Of a DNA stretch of 64,000 nucleotides, positions 13,896-26,570 are shown piece after piece. The notes beneath the pieces were generated by a model. The model was not told where the DNA came from. It saw only the letters and a list, made by a program, of their open reading frames with translations, and did no database searches. Each line of letters begins with the position of its first letter. The first letter of the stretch is position 1. Origin of the DNA: Cycas panzhihuaensis (taxonomy: Eukaryota; Plantae; Cycadophyta); contig CM041465.1 of NCBI GenBank assembly GCA_023213395.1, positions 74,531,741-74,595,740 of the forward strand, read 5' to 3'. The translations under genes and the position numbers were made by a program.

Positions 13896-16301
13896 TATTT
13901 CTCGCAAGTTGAGAATGACATGTACACTATGACAAACAAGTGAAGTAATGTTTCTATCTCTTTACATTCCATTAAATTTTTATATCATAATCATAGATGG
14001 TGAATGTATAATCTTACTTACTTGTTTGATTTATTTGGTGGGCCATGTATACATTTTTAGCTAATGATGAGTAAAACTTCAATTATTGGTCATTGGTCCA
14101 CCCATCAAGGTCCTCAAGTCCGAATAGATGCTTTACTATCCCTACAAGGTCCTATTAGTCTATTTTTTATTTGTTTTTATGCTTTGCTTCATCATTAACC
14201 ACTTCATGTTGACTTTATTTCCACCCAAACTTCTTCATTGATGATTTCTAACTTGATTTTATATTTATTTTACTACAAAGCCCTAGTTTCTATCAAACTA
14301 TATTATCTTTTGCTTGCAATAGTATACTACAAAGGATTTTATAATACAACAACTGTCACTTATCTAGATTTGGTCTTCAAAGTGGCAATAAACTTATTAA
14401 TGGCTTGTTGTTAGTCTTGGGATAGCACATGTCTAATCCAAATATTTGAAAATTAGTCTTTGGTAGCCTAAGAGGCTATATCACACTAAGAGATCACTTC
14501 CATATAGTTTTGGTCTAAATCCATAAGCATGTCCCATCAATTTATCCCCTTATTTTATCCCACATTATGGACTAAAAACCACCCTCCTTAAGCTTACCCT
14601 CAACTATAAATCCTCCTATCTTTCCATTGGAAGAGGAGGTCAAGCTGTTATATGAAGGTACTATTATCATGCTATCAAATTTCTAAGAGTAACAGGTTCC
14701 CACATAATCTACCTTGCTTTCTATTGCTTTCTTACTTGGAGATTCACCTTTCAACACCATTGGAGCACCCTTAAGTGGAATAATGTCAGCTATTAGTATC
14801 TTCTAGTATGTTGGGATGAGATAATCCTCACATAATTATGTTAGTGAGTGCACTTCCTTTGTTTTTCATGTTTGTTTTACCCTTTCACTTCATAGGTTTT
14901 GTATTGATTAGTCTTATCTTACTTCTTGCATATTTCTTTTGTCTCTTTACTACCTTTTAGTCCATAGGATTAGGTGGATTTATAGGAGGAAGGTAGCATC
15001 CAACTACAACTTAGGAGTGCTAATGATATTTGGAGGATACTAAGCCATTTCTGATACTCCATTCTTCTCCTACTTACCAAGTTTGCTTACATCCTTTATT
15101 TATCTATTTCTTATCGTTTCTCAATAGAACATTGCAATAATATGGTGTTGTTTAGATATTGTTAGCTATTGTCCTTATAGGTGTAGTTTTCATCTTTGTT
15201 GTGGGTGGTTAAAGGCTAAAGAAGCCACCTTCTTTGACCTATGAATGCTCATTTCTTCATCATACCATCTCATTAAGATGAAGGTATGAAATCACAACTA
15301 AAAGAGATAACACTAACCGACTTTCATTGTGCTTATTTTCATGTTTTCAAGATCATCATAAACCTTGTTTCATCAGAGAATAATCTAGAAAGTAAAAATA
15401 CTACTAGATTTTTCCTAGAAATTACATACATCAAAATCTTGATTGCTTGAGTACACTTAAAACACCCCATTTGTATTTCAAATGAGGGATAAAGCTTGAA
15501 GAGTCACACTTGATCAAGTCTAGGTACCTCTTCTCCCTTCAAATCTTCCTTTTAGTAAAAAAAATAATATGAGCAAAAAGAAAAAGAGAGAGGAAACACA
15601 TTAGATTCCCTATTGCCTTAGTTGCCTTTTTTCTTTTTTTAAAGAAAAAAAAAACACAAAAAACAAAAAACAAAAGAGAAAAGGTTAGTTTTTCTTTTGT
15701 TTTGATTTCCTCTCTCTATCTCTTTCACTTCAAAAATAAAATAGAAAAAAAAGAAATTTGTCTCTTTATTTTATTCTTTTTGTTTACCCTTCTCTCAAAA
15801 AGATAAAAGACAAAAAAAAGAGAAAACCCTAATACCTAAAAGAGAAGTAGTTTTTATTTTCTCTTATTACATATTGCATTGCATGTCATAGTAGGGTTTG
15901 GGCATCACATTTAAAAGCCTAAGTAAAGGAGAGGATCACATAGTTATAAGTCCTTAAACTCATGGGCCTACATTGTGCCCATTAGCTAGGGTGATTTCCT
16001 ATTTACATAAAAATAGAAAAGCATATAGATGCATTAGGTGTGTGTGATCCCCAGAGTTTTCCATAGGTTTATTGCCACACCTAGTCCAATATTACATGTA
16101 TACACTTGCATGTGTTACCCAAGTTAGGCCACCCCCTAGCTAAGAAGAGGCATAATTAAGCTTTATACATATGCCTAAGTGATGCATGGGTTCCTTGGGT
16201 GGGGTGTTAGTTGATGCTACATCCCTCACTAGCACATTCTCACACCCTAGGTCTTTAGTTGCTAGGTTTGACATATCTTTTCACATGTTCTTGAGTATTT
16301 A
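13896..16301 (+). repeat. 5' LTR of Ogre/Tat-like element (2406 bp)
   Basis: Colinear throughout with 29920-32304; differences mostly transitions. Confidence 0.88.
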
Positions 16302-16302
16302 T

Positions 16303-16321
16303 TGGTGACCATATTAGGGAC
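16303..16321 (+). promoter_or_regulatory. Primer binding site, decayed tRNA-Arg type
   Basis: TGGTGACCATATTAGGGAC directly after the LTR resembles the Ogre/Tat TGGCGACnnnnCTGGGGAC PBS after deamination. Confidence 0.65.
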
Positions 16322-16539
16322 TTGCTAGTTGGAAGTTACTTAGTATACCTAAGTCCTTCCCTTTCCTTTCTACTTACTTTCACTTTCTTGGATAGAGCAT
16401 TTTGTTTAATTTGTGTAAGGATCCCTTGTGAATATCTCACTTGTTCATATAGGCTAGTTGATCCTTGAATGTGACAATTCTTTTGTCACTTGCATGGCCT
16501 CCCACCTATGGATTTAGAGCTCTAATATGCACTTGTTCC

Positions 16540-19500
16540 CATGAGTAACCAAGAGTTATTAATGGAAGGCCATCTCCCTTTTGATTGGGCCTGTGACTCA
16601 TACTAACCTTACCCTCAAGAATGGCCTTAATCTATAGGCCTATTCTCACATGATCAACCCACCCAAGGAGGCATAAGTCTCATATACTAATCCCATGATA
16701 CCAATGGGTTCTACCAAAACCTAGTTAGATCCCATGGCCACATAATTGGGGGCATCCCCTTTTCTTATGAGTCCAATCATCAAGGTGGATACATTCCCCC
16801 TTTTGATTAGGCACATCCCTCCATGGGATATGGTGGAGGCCCTAAGGGCCTACTTCAAGGAAGTTGTGGGAAAAGTTACTCTTGCTTGGGCATGTCACCT
16901 ATTATTTAGTGCCTCAACATCCTCCACCTCAATCCCCATTCCTACTTCCACCCAATCCACAACCCCACTTGCCACAAGCTCAATGACAACTTCTTCATCT
17001 ATTTATGCCATGCTTGGGATGGGTCTTAAACCATCTCAAGCCCCCTCCCAAGCCATCTCCCAAGCTTCCTAACAAATAACCATCATTCCTCATTTGTAAA
17101 CCTTGGTCCCCCAACTGACCATGACTTTAGTCCCTCTAGTTAATCCTTTCATTCCTCCTCATCCCTATCATATAGGATATGGTGGAGGACCATCTCTTTG
17201 CCCCTGTCCACACCATGTAGGTTCCTTATTATATATACCACCAAGGTATACAACCTAATAATAAGGGCACAGGGGATCTTGTGCCTTCTTAGTAAATGGA
17301 GTAGACCCTCTCCACCCCTACAGGGTTGCACCTCCTATTGGAGGCACATTTGGAAAAAAACCCTTTGCCACACCCATCCCCCTATACCTCCCAACTGATT
17401 CCTCCTTTATATTCCTATTAGGGGTGCATCAGTGGCATCTTCTATGCCACCTTTCTTAACCACCATTCCTCAAGAGGTGACAGCTCAAGCCAACCCCTTG
17501 TATCACACTCCACCATATGGGGGTTTGAAATATCCTTGACCACCCCCATATTCCTCTCACTCTTATCCTAGCATGACCCCTCTTTATTAAGCAAAGGCCA
17601 TGCCCCATGTGACCCTATCTTATGTGCCTTACCAATAGGGGCACACTCCTCATCCTGCATACCCTCTATATTTATCCCAAGCTAGATATTATTTCCAACC
17701 CCCTTATTTCTCATTTGATCACTTAGTCCAAATTAAGGCATGACCCTTTATAGACTATAGGTCTAATCCTCTTTCTTTAGACCTACCACCTCATCTATTA
17801 GAAGTATCCAAATTTTATGACATTTAATCACAAGACCCTATAGATCATGTCAAGGTATTTACCATGGCATGTATCAATTATTGGGAATAGAACCACATCT
17901 TGATGAAGTTATTCCCTAGGCCACTTTAGGGAGATGCGCTAAAATAGTTTTGCCATCTCCCCACCAACTCCATCATTTGTTTCCAATAGTTAGTTGACAC
18001 CTTCATTAACTATTTTAACATTATGGGGCCTTTTGAAAGTGGGCTAAGGCCCTACTCTCTCTCAAACAAGGTGTGGATAAATTCAATAGAGATTTTATCT
18101 AAGAGTTCCATGATCTCCTTCATTCTTCTAAGATCATGCTACTTGAAGATTTAAAGAGACATATATCTATTAATGTAGTATGCCATGAGGTCCATGCCGA
18201 GGTACTCAATATGGAATCAACCACATGTGACTCAACCATAGCTAAATGCTTAGCCTTAGAATCTACAGAGATCTAAGAAGGTCTCAAGAAGATAAACAAG
18301 AAAGTACCATATCATAAGGCACCACCTCCCCTACATGACCAAAGGGCCCAATAATCATCTTCCCAACCCTCTATCCATACCACCGATAAAATGATGGATT
18401 TCTTCACATTAGTTGTTTACTCTTTTGAGAAAATAATTAAGGACTTAAAGTTGCAACCCATGCAATCCACCCATGAACCCTAGGCTCTCACTCATAGTTA
18501 TAGGTTGGTCCATTAGGCAACCCAAACCATGAAACTAATGAAAGAAGGCCTTGAGTCCTCCTAAGAAAAGAAGTTATCTTTTGAGAAGAGGTGGTGCTCC
18601 ATCCATGGTCATTGTGCCCATGACAAAACCCTTTGTTGGACCCAACATCTAAAGCTAGCTCCACCTCATCACTATCCTTCTTAATTTGGGTCTAAACCTA
18701 ACCTTGACTAACCTATTCACTAAGACTCATTCTTGAGCCATGATGCTCCTGAACAACCATTCTAACAACCATAAAATTGATGAGTTAAGAGGAATTCCCA
18801 ACTTCAAAGGATGGGAACCCCTCTTAAACTAGAATTTGACCAATCTAAAGGTAAAGCCCTAGTTAATCCTCCTAGTCCTATGAGCCCTATGGCCCAAAGT
18901 CCACCTTCACACCTTAATGCTAAGGGTAAATAGGTCATCCACATGTTGGAGACTACTTAAGCAGACCTAATAACCAATTCTTAAGTAGTTAAGGGACTTG
19001 GGGAGGCTTAAATTCTTAATAACCACTTATAGATCCTTCCTCCACAAAGATCCCTATTGTTCTAAAGACCATTCATATTTGTCCTACATGATATGATTTT
19101 TGAAGAGGTATTTCCTAACCCATTGGCAAAGGGAAATTCTTTTCAATCATTGAAGAACTTCACATTGTGTATGTAAGCATGTCTACGATGGATGTCTTAC
19201 AAAGTTGTCCTAACCAATGCACCTTATTCCTTAAGGACCTTGGCCATAAGGATGCACCCATCCACATTGTCACTATAACATTGTATGGGCCTCTCATTAT
19301 CTCCTTTGATCCACATAATGTACCACTTACCTATAAGCGAGAGTGCCATTAGCACTATCCATTTACCATCACTATTAAAACCATTAACTTCACCCTAAAG
19401 AACATCATTATGGATAATAGCTCTTTAGTCAATGTTATACCCATTTAGATGCTAAAGAAATTAGGCATTAAGTCTTTAGAGCCCATCCCTTAGAAATGTA

Positions 19501-19700
19501 AAAGGTACAATGAGAGTGAGAATACACCACTTAAGACTATTACTATACCTCTCACTCTTAAAGATAAAATTATCCCCACTAACATTGTTGTCCTAGATAT
19601 CAATGTTGATTACAACCTACTCTTAGGACAACCTTGGTTGGATCGTATGGGATAAGTCTATTCTTTACTTTAGGGGCAACTTAAATTTCCATGATGGACA
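16540..19700 (+). pseudogene. gag: Gypsy gag (Pro-rich N-terminus, capsid domain) and aspartic protease, decayed
   Basis: QDPIDHVKVF...LMKLFP...GDALK*FCHLPTNSIICF at about 17830-18010; IIMDNSSLVNVIP and DYNLLLGQPWL at about 19400-19640. Confidence 0.75.
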
Positions 19701-20268
19701 AGCACAAGTTATAGCTCATGAGTATCCTCCTTCTTAAACATCCCTCCTAACTTACTAGGCTATCTTCGATGCTAGAGATAGTGATCGTAATGAGCCTTAG
19801 CCTTCCCTCGTGGGCCTTTATTAAGGCCTTAACCCTTATCATGATGAAGAACTACCTTCACCTGGACCAAATTTGGTTTATTTCACCCCATTAATATAGG
19901 TAATTATGGCTACTTAATTAACCTTAGTAACCCTAAGTTAAACATTGAGGACTATGAGCCCCTTACATTATGAGTGGCTTTTATTTCCTATGCATTAAGG
20001 GAACCATCCCATAAGGATGTCTCCCCTCCTTTTGGTCCTTCCCTTAGGACCCATGATTATATTCTAGACCTATTAGACCCAAGTTGGTCTCCATCTTTAT
20101 ATCCTATTCGAGCAATTTTTCAAGGGGATGCTTCTTAACTTATTGCTCATTTGGACATCATCCTATAATCCTCACACACTATTCTCTCATAATCTAAGCC
20201 CTCATCAAGCTCCAAGACCCATCTAACTTCCCCACCACAAACTATAAATATGGTTTAAAGTATGTGAG
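18163..20268 (+). repeat. 2.1-kb direct duplication, copy 1
   Basis: Near-identical to 23259-25363 (compare ORFs 19167..19352 and 24260..24445). Confidence 0.95.
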
Positions 20269-20865
20269 TGTTGTGTATTGTGACAACAATTATAGGCCTA
20301 AAATTATGGCATATTTTCAGTGCAGTTTCCCCCCCAAATCTTTCTCGAGGGGTCCCAAGGGGGAGCCCCTGTCAGTGAGTGGTGGGTGATAGCCCCTGAC
20401 CTAAAAATTTGACCATGTAAACCTTATCAAAGTGTAAAGAGAATCAGGGTCATTCAATATAAATACCCTAGATTCTACGGTTGAGATTTAGGTCTTGGAT
20501 GTCCTCTCATGTAACCCATTTTAGGGATTTTCTTATTGTGTTATAATGTTATGTAGTGTACTGTGAAGAGGACGGTGGCTGATTGTTATTCCAAAGAGTA
20601 CTCTATATCTGTGATGTACTATTTCTCCATTCTGCAACAATAAAGATCGATACCTTCCCTATGTGGATGTTTCCCTAGCACACTGCTAGGGTTTTACCAT
20701 GTTATTTCGGGTGCACATGTGATGTTTGGATTTCATTGTCTTGTTACTATATAATTTCTAATTTTAGAACTTGCATGTAATTTTATGTTTCCATTTCTAT
20801 AACTAGTTATAAGAAAGTAATAGATCTCAGTGGTTGTTAGAGGGTTAGACCTTCTATTCTCAACA
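20269..20865 (+). repeat. 5' LTR of Tork-like copia (597 bp)
   Basis: TGTTG...CAACA termini; followed by Met PBS; same family as the solo LTR at 33338-33986. Confidence 0.9.
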
Positions 20866-20867
20866 AG

Positions 20868-20879
20868 TGGTATCAGAGC
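20868..20879 (+). promoter_or_regulatory. Primer binding site, tRNA-iMet
   Basis: Canonical TGGTATCAGAGC. Confidence 0.95.
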
Positions 20880-20936
20880 CACTCTTTTTCTTGTAGCGAG
20901 TTTGTGAAGGTTTTGGTATCAGCTTTTCTACACCAA

Positions 20937-21667
20937 ATGGCAAAACTAGCAAGTGTAAAGTTTGAGGTGGAGAAATTTAATGGCAAGAACAACTTCAAGT
21001 TGTGGAAGCTGAAAGCATATGATATTCTTGTACAACAGGGTTTGTATAAAGCCCTTACAGGAAAATCGAAGAAACTCGCGGGGATGGACAATGATGAATA
21101 GGATGATTTAGATAAAAAGTCACTTAGCACAATACAATTATACTTGGCAGATGAAGTTTTGTTTAACATCGTAGGGGAGCAATTCGAAGTAGGGATTATC
21201 GACCCTTGGAAGGCCTATATATGACCAAATCAAGAATAAATTGAATCTACCAAGAGGCAAGCATCGCATTTCGAATGAAGGAAGGTACAAAAATCGCTAA
21301 CCATTTAAATATTTTTAATACTCTTATTTGTCAATTAACTAGTATCGATATTAAAATTAAGGATGAAGACAAGGCAATTACCCTATTATGCTCATTACCT
21401 AAATCCTAGAATAACATTGTCACCTCAATTAGTTTTAGCACTACAGATGAATTGGAATATGACTCTGTTGTGAGTGCTTTGCTAATGGAAGAAGTGCAGA
21501 GGAAGTCTAGTCTTGAAACCTCCATAGCAGAAGCCATGACAGTAAGGGGTAGAACATTTGAGAGAGGATAAAAATCTAGGGATACATCAAGATCCAAGTC
21601 AAAGAGCAAAAAGAGTAAGATCAGGTGTTGGTATTGTAATAAGATCGGTCACCTCAAGAAGGATTGT
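20937..21667 (+). pseudogene. gag: Tork/Tnt1-like copia gag
   Basis: MAKLASVKFEVEKFNGKNNFKLWKLK...QQGL; CWYCNKIGHLKKDC zinc knuckle at 21626-21667; stops and frameshifts. Confidence 0.88.
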
Positions 21668-23030
21668 TACAAAACAAAGAAAGGAGTTGATGGCCAAATT
21701 GAAAACACAAGGCCAAAGTTAGTTGCAAAAGGATATACTCAAGCTGCAGTATAGATTATGATGAGACTTTCTCTCCGAGAGCAAAGATGAACACGGTGGG
21801 ACAAGAATAGCCTTAGCTGCCACCCAAGGTTGGGGAATCTCTCAGATGGACGTAAAAAGTGCCTTCCTAAACGGTGAACTGGAAGAAGAAGTTTATATGC
21901 AACAACCGATGGATACGCGAGCAGGGAAAAGAAAATCTAGTGCAAATTGAAAAGGCCTTCTATGGTCTAAAACAAGCACCACGTGCCTGGTATGCAAAAC
22001 TAGATCACTTTCTTGAAGAAAATAAGTTCATTCGGTGTAACTCAGATTCCGGTCACAGACATAAGGAAAACAAACAACAAGATAACAATAATTGTTGTTT
22101 ATGTGGATGATATCTTTGCATCGAATGATGTCGAAGGAATCAAGTGGATCAAAAGATAACTTCAAAGAAAGTTTGAAATGACATTTAGGTTCACTAAATT
22201 ATTACTTGGGGACTGGAAATAGTTCAACATCAAAACTATGTAATCATTCCAAAGTAACTACATCAAAAGTCTACTTGTTCGATTTCAGATGGAAAACTGC
22301 AATCCATGCACCACTCCCATGGAGACAAATTGCAATCTAACAGTAGACAATATGGAAAAAGATGCCGATGCTACTCTGTACAGGCAAATGATTGGAAGTC
22401 TGATCTACCTGACAGCCACCAGACCCGACATATCCTACTCAGTAGGACTAATATCAAGGCATGTCACGTAATCCAAAGTTAAGACACTGGCAAGCAGCAA
22501 AAAGAATTCTGAGATATCTCAAAGGAACAACAGATCTCAAGTTAGTTTATTCGAAGGGGCATCCAATCAAAATCACAGGATACTGCGATTCAGATGCAGC
22601 GACAAAGAACAAAGGAAATCAACAAGTGGTTTTGTTTTTCTTGGGAGATTCACAATTTCATGGTGCAACAAAAACAAGCCACGGTGGCTCTCTCCTCTGA
22701 CGAGAATATAAGCGACCACATCAGACTCCGTGAAGCCATCCGTTAAGACAACTCTTGCTTGATTTAAATCAACAACAGAAAGAAGCAACTTCTTTAAAGT
22801 GTGACAATCAAAGTGCCATCAAGCTGACCAAAAATCCAATTCTGCATGCAAGAACAAAACATATTGAAGTTCATCATCACTTTATAAGAGAAAAAGTACA
22901 GAACAAAGAAATAGATTTGGAATACTGTCCGACATCTGAACAAGTTGCAGATCTTTTGACAAAACCTCTTGGAAGAGAAAGACTCAGATATTTGAGAGAC
23001 AAGATTGGACTTATAGAGATAAAACATTAA
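21668..23030 (+). pseudogene. pol: copia RT + RNase H (second family), frameshifted
   Basis: [77 protein letters not shown]. Confidence 0.92.
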
Positions 23031-23037
23031 GAGGGGG

Positions 23038-23258
23038 TGTTAAGATATAATGTTTTATCTAGGACAGAAAAAGGGGGTCATGTTAGACCAACCCTTAAAT
23101 GCTCTCACGAGATCATGCCACTTGGCAATATTTGAGTGATTGGTTACATTAGTGGTTGTAACCAACTCATGACTCTTGTATACTTAAGCAAATTGAATCT
23201 CAATAGAAGATCAACTCATTCCTTTCTCAGTTTGTTTCTGATCTGCATTTTTTCAACA
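23038..23258 (+). repeat. 3' LTR of second copia family (221 bp)
   Basis: PPT AAGAGGGGG immediately upstream; TGTTAA...TCAACA termini. Confidence 0.85.
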
Positions 23259-25363
23259 ATATCTATTAATGTAGTATGGCCTAAGGTCCATGCTGAGGTA
23301 CTCAATATGGAAGCAACCACATGTGACTCAACCATAGCTAAATGCTTAGCCTTAGAATCTACAGAGATCTAAGAAGGTCTCAAGAAGATAAACAGGAAAA
23401 TACCATATCATAAGGCACCGCCTCCCCTACATGACCAAAGGGCCAAGTAATCATCTTCCCAGCCCTCTATCCATACCACCGATAAAATGATGGATTTCTT
23501 TACATTTGTTTACTCTTTTGAGAAAATAATTAAGGACTTAAAGTTGCAACCCACGCAATCCACCCATAAACCCTAGGCTCTCACTCATAGTTATAGGTTG
23601 GTCCATTAGGCAACCCAAACCATGAAACTAATGAAAGAAGGCCTTGAGTCCTCCTAAGAAAAGAAGTTATCTTTTGAGAAGAGGTGGTGCTCCATCCATG
23701 GTCATTGTGCCCATGACAAAACCCTTTGTTGGACCCAACATCTAAAGCTAGCTCCACCTCATGACCCTCCTTCTTAATTTGGGTCTAAACCCAACCTTAA
23801 CCAACCTATTCACTAAGACCCATTCTTGAGCCATGATGCTCCTAAACAACCATTCTAACAACCATAAAATTGATGAGTTAAGGGGCATTCCCAACTTCAA
23901 AGGATGGGAACCCCTCTTAAACTAGAATTTGACCAATCTAAAGGCAAATCCCTAGTTAATCCTCCTAGTCCTATGAGCCCTATGGCCCAAAGCCCACCTT
24001 CACACCTTAATGCTAAGGGTAAATAGGTCATCGACATGTTGGAAACTACCTAAGCATACCTAATAACCAATTCTTAGGTAGTTAAGGGACTTGGGGAGGC
24101 TTCAATTCTCAATAACCACTTGCAAATCCTTCCTCCACAAAGATCCCTATTATTCTAAAGACCATTCATATTTGTCCTACATGATATGATTTTTGAAGAA
24201 GTCTTTCCTAACCCATTGGCAAAGGGAAATTCTTTTCAATCATCGAAGAACTTCACATTGTGTCTGTAAGCATGTCTACGATGGATGTCTTACAAAGTTA
24301 TCCTAACCAATGTACCTTGTTCCTTAAGGACCTTGGCCACAAGGATGCACCCATCCACATTGTCATTATAACATTGTGTGGGCCTCCCATTATCTCCTTT
24401 GATCCACATAATGTACCACTTGCCTGTAAGCGAGAGTGCCATTAGGACTATCCATTTACCATCACCATTAAAAGCATTAACTTCACCCTAAAGAACATCA
24501 TTATGGATAATAACTCTTTAGTCAATGTTATACCCATTTAGATGCTAAAGAAATTGGGCATTAAGTCTTTAGAGCCCATCCCTTAGAAATGTAAAGGGTA
24601 CAATGGGAGTGAGAATGCACCACTTAAGACTATTACTATACCTCTTACTCTTAAAGATAAAATTATCCCCACTAACATTGTTGTCCTAGATATTAATGTT
24701 GATTACAACCTACTCTTAGGACAACTTGGTTGGATTGCATGGGAGCAGTCTATTCTTTACTTTAGGGGCAACTCAAATTTTTCCATGAGGGACAAGCACA
24801 AGTTGTAGCTCATGAGCATCCTCCTTCTTAAACATCCCTCCTAACTTACTAGGCTATCTTCAATGCTAGAGATAGTGATCTTAATGAGCCCTAGCCTTCC
24901 CTCATGGGCCTTTGTTAAGGCCTTAACCCTTATCATGATGAAGAACTACCTTCACCTGGACCAAATTTGGTTTTTTTCACCCCCATTAATATAGGTAATT
25001 ATGGCTACTTAATTGACCTTAGTGACCCTGAGTTAAACATTGAGGACTATGAGCCCCTTACATTGTGAGTGGCTTTTATTTCCTATGCACTAAGGGAACC
25101 ATCCTATAAGGATGTCTCCCCTCCTTTTGGTCCTTCCCTCAGGACCCACGATTATATTCTAGACCTACTAGACCCAAGTTGGTCTCCATCTTTATATCCT
25201 ATTCGAGCAATTTTTCAAGGGGATACTCCTTAACTTATTGCTCATTTGGACATCTTCCTATAATCCTCACACACTATTCTCTCATAGTCTAAGTCCTCAT
25301 CAAGCTCTAAGACCCATCTAACTTCCCCACCACAAACTATAAATATGGTTTAAAGTGTGTGAG
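23259..25363 (+). repeat. 2.1-kb direct duplication, copy 2
   Basis: Near-identical to 18163-20268. Confidence 0.95.
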
Positions 25364-25894
25364 ATCTCACATACCCTATTGCCTTATTGTTTAATCCTGA
25401 TTAAGCTCCTCCTATCCATGATTTAGATGGTAAATCTATGGCACCATTGCCCCATGATGAGCTTATTATTCACAACACACCTATCTCTCCCCTTGAGCCT
25501 AAGCATGACCCATGCTTCCCTGCTCTTCCCCTTTAATTTAAGTAAGCCCTATATAGGCCAATTAGGCAATCTCGTAGGTCTCTTTGCCCTCACTAGGGGC
25601 ACACTTACTTTGGTACAAGCTTAAAATGACAACCTACTCTAAAATGAGCATAAACTACATTTGTTCTTATGTCATGCCTTACCATCAATAGGGGCACGTC
25701 ATCATGGTGACCGTGTTGTGAAATGAGCTTAAACTACCTTTAGTTATGATGTACATTATGCTCACTAAGGGCACACCATCATGTTGTTCTTATTTACTTC
25801 CTCCCATCCTCTTCTATAAGAAGACATCTCCCCTAATGGAGGCTCTTTACTCCTCCACAAACATAAACTAGTAAAACCCCAATCATCATGATTA

Positions 25895-26570
25895 CGATCT
25901 TGTGACCTAGTTATAATTCTAGGTGTGCCTAGTTGTACTTGAATTGTAACCTAGTTATACTTTAAATGCAAACTAGTTGTGCTTTAGGTCGTATCTAGTT
26001 GTAATCTAATTGTGATCTAGTTGTAGTCATTGCAACCTAGTTGTAGTTATTACAACTTGGTCATAGTTGATTATGATATGGTTGTAGTCATTATGACCTC
26101 ATCATAGTCGATTATAAGTTGTCATAGTCATTGTGACCTGGTTATAATCTGGTTATAATCACTACAACCTAGTCATAGTCTAGTTATGATCTAATTGTAG
26201 TTTTCATGGTCTAATCATAATATAATTGTAATTTGGTTATAGTCCTCATGATTTGGCCACAATTTGTTCATGATCTAATTGCATCTAGTTGCACTTGGTT
26301 ATACCCCAAGTTGCACCTAATTACACTTGGTTGTAGCTGAAGTTGTACCAAGTTATGCTCAATTACACTTGGTCATACTTGGTTTCACCCCAAGTTGTAC
26401 TTGGTTACATTTAAGTATACCTAATAGCACTTGGTTTTACCTTAGGTTATACGTAGTTATACATGATCAATCATAGTAACACTTAGTTGTACCCTAGGTT
26501 GCACATAGTTGCACTAAATTATACCTAACTGTACTTGGTTATACATTAAATTATGCTTAGTTACACCTAT
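25895..26570 (+). repeat. Degenerate 10-11 bp-period minisatellite in the 3' UTR of the Ogre/Tat-like element
   Basis: Recurrent TTGTGACCTAG / TTGCAACCTAG / GTTATAATCTG / GTTGCACTTG variants. Confidence 0.75.

Larger units (their letters stand above)
20269..23258 (+). mobile_element. Chimeric Ty1/copia (Tork/Tnt1-like LTR-PBS-gag joined to RT-RH-PPT-LTR of another family)
   Basis: 5' LTR (597 bp) and 3' LTR (221 bp) are unrelated; gag zinc knuckle runs directly into RT at 21667/21668; protease and integrase absent; no 5-bp TSD. Confidence 0.85.
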
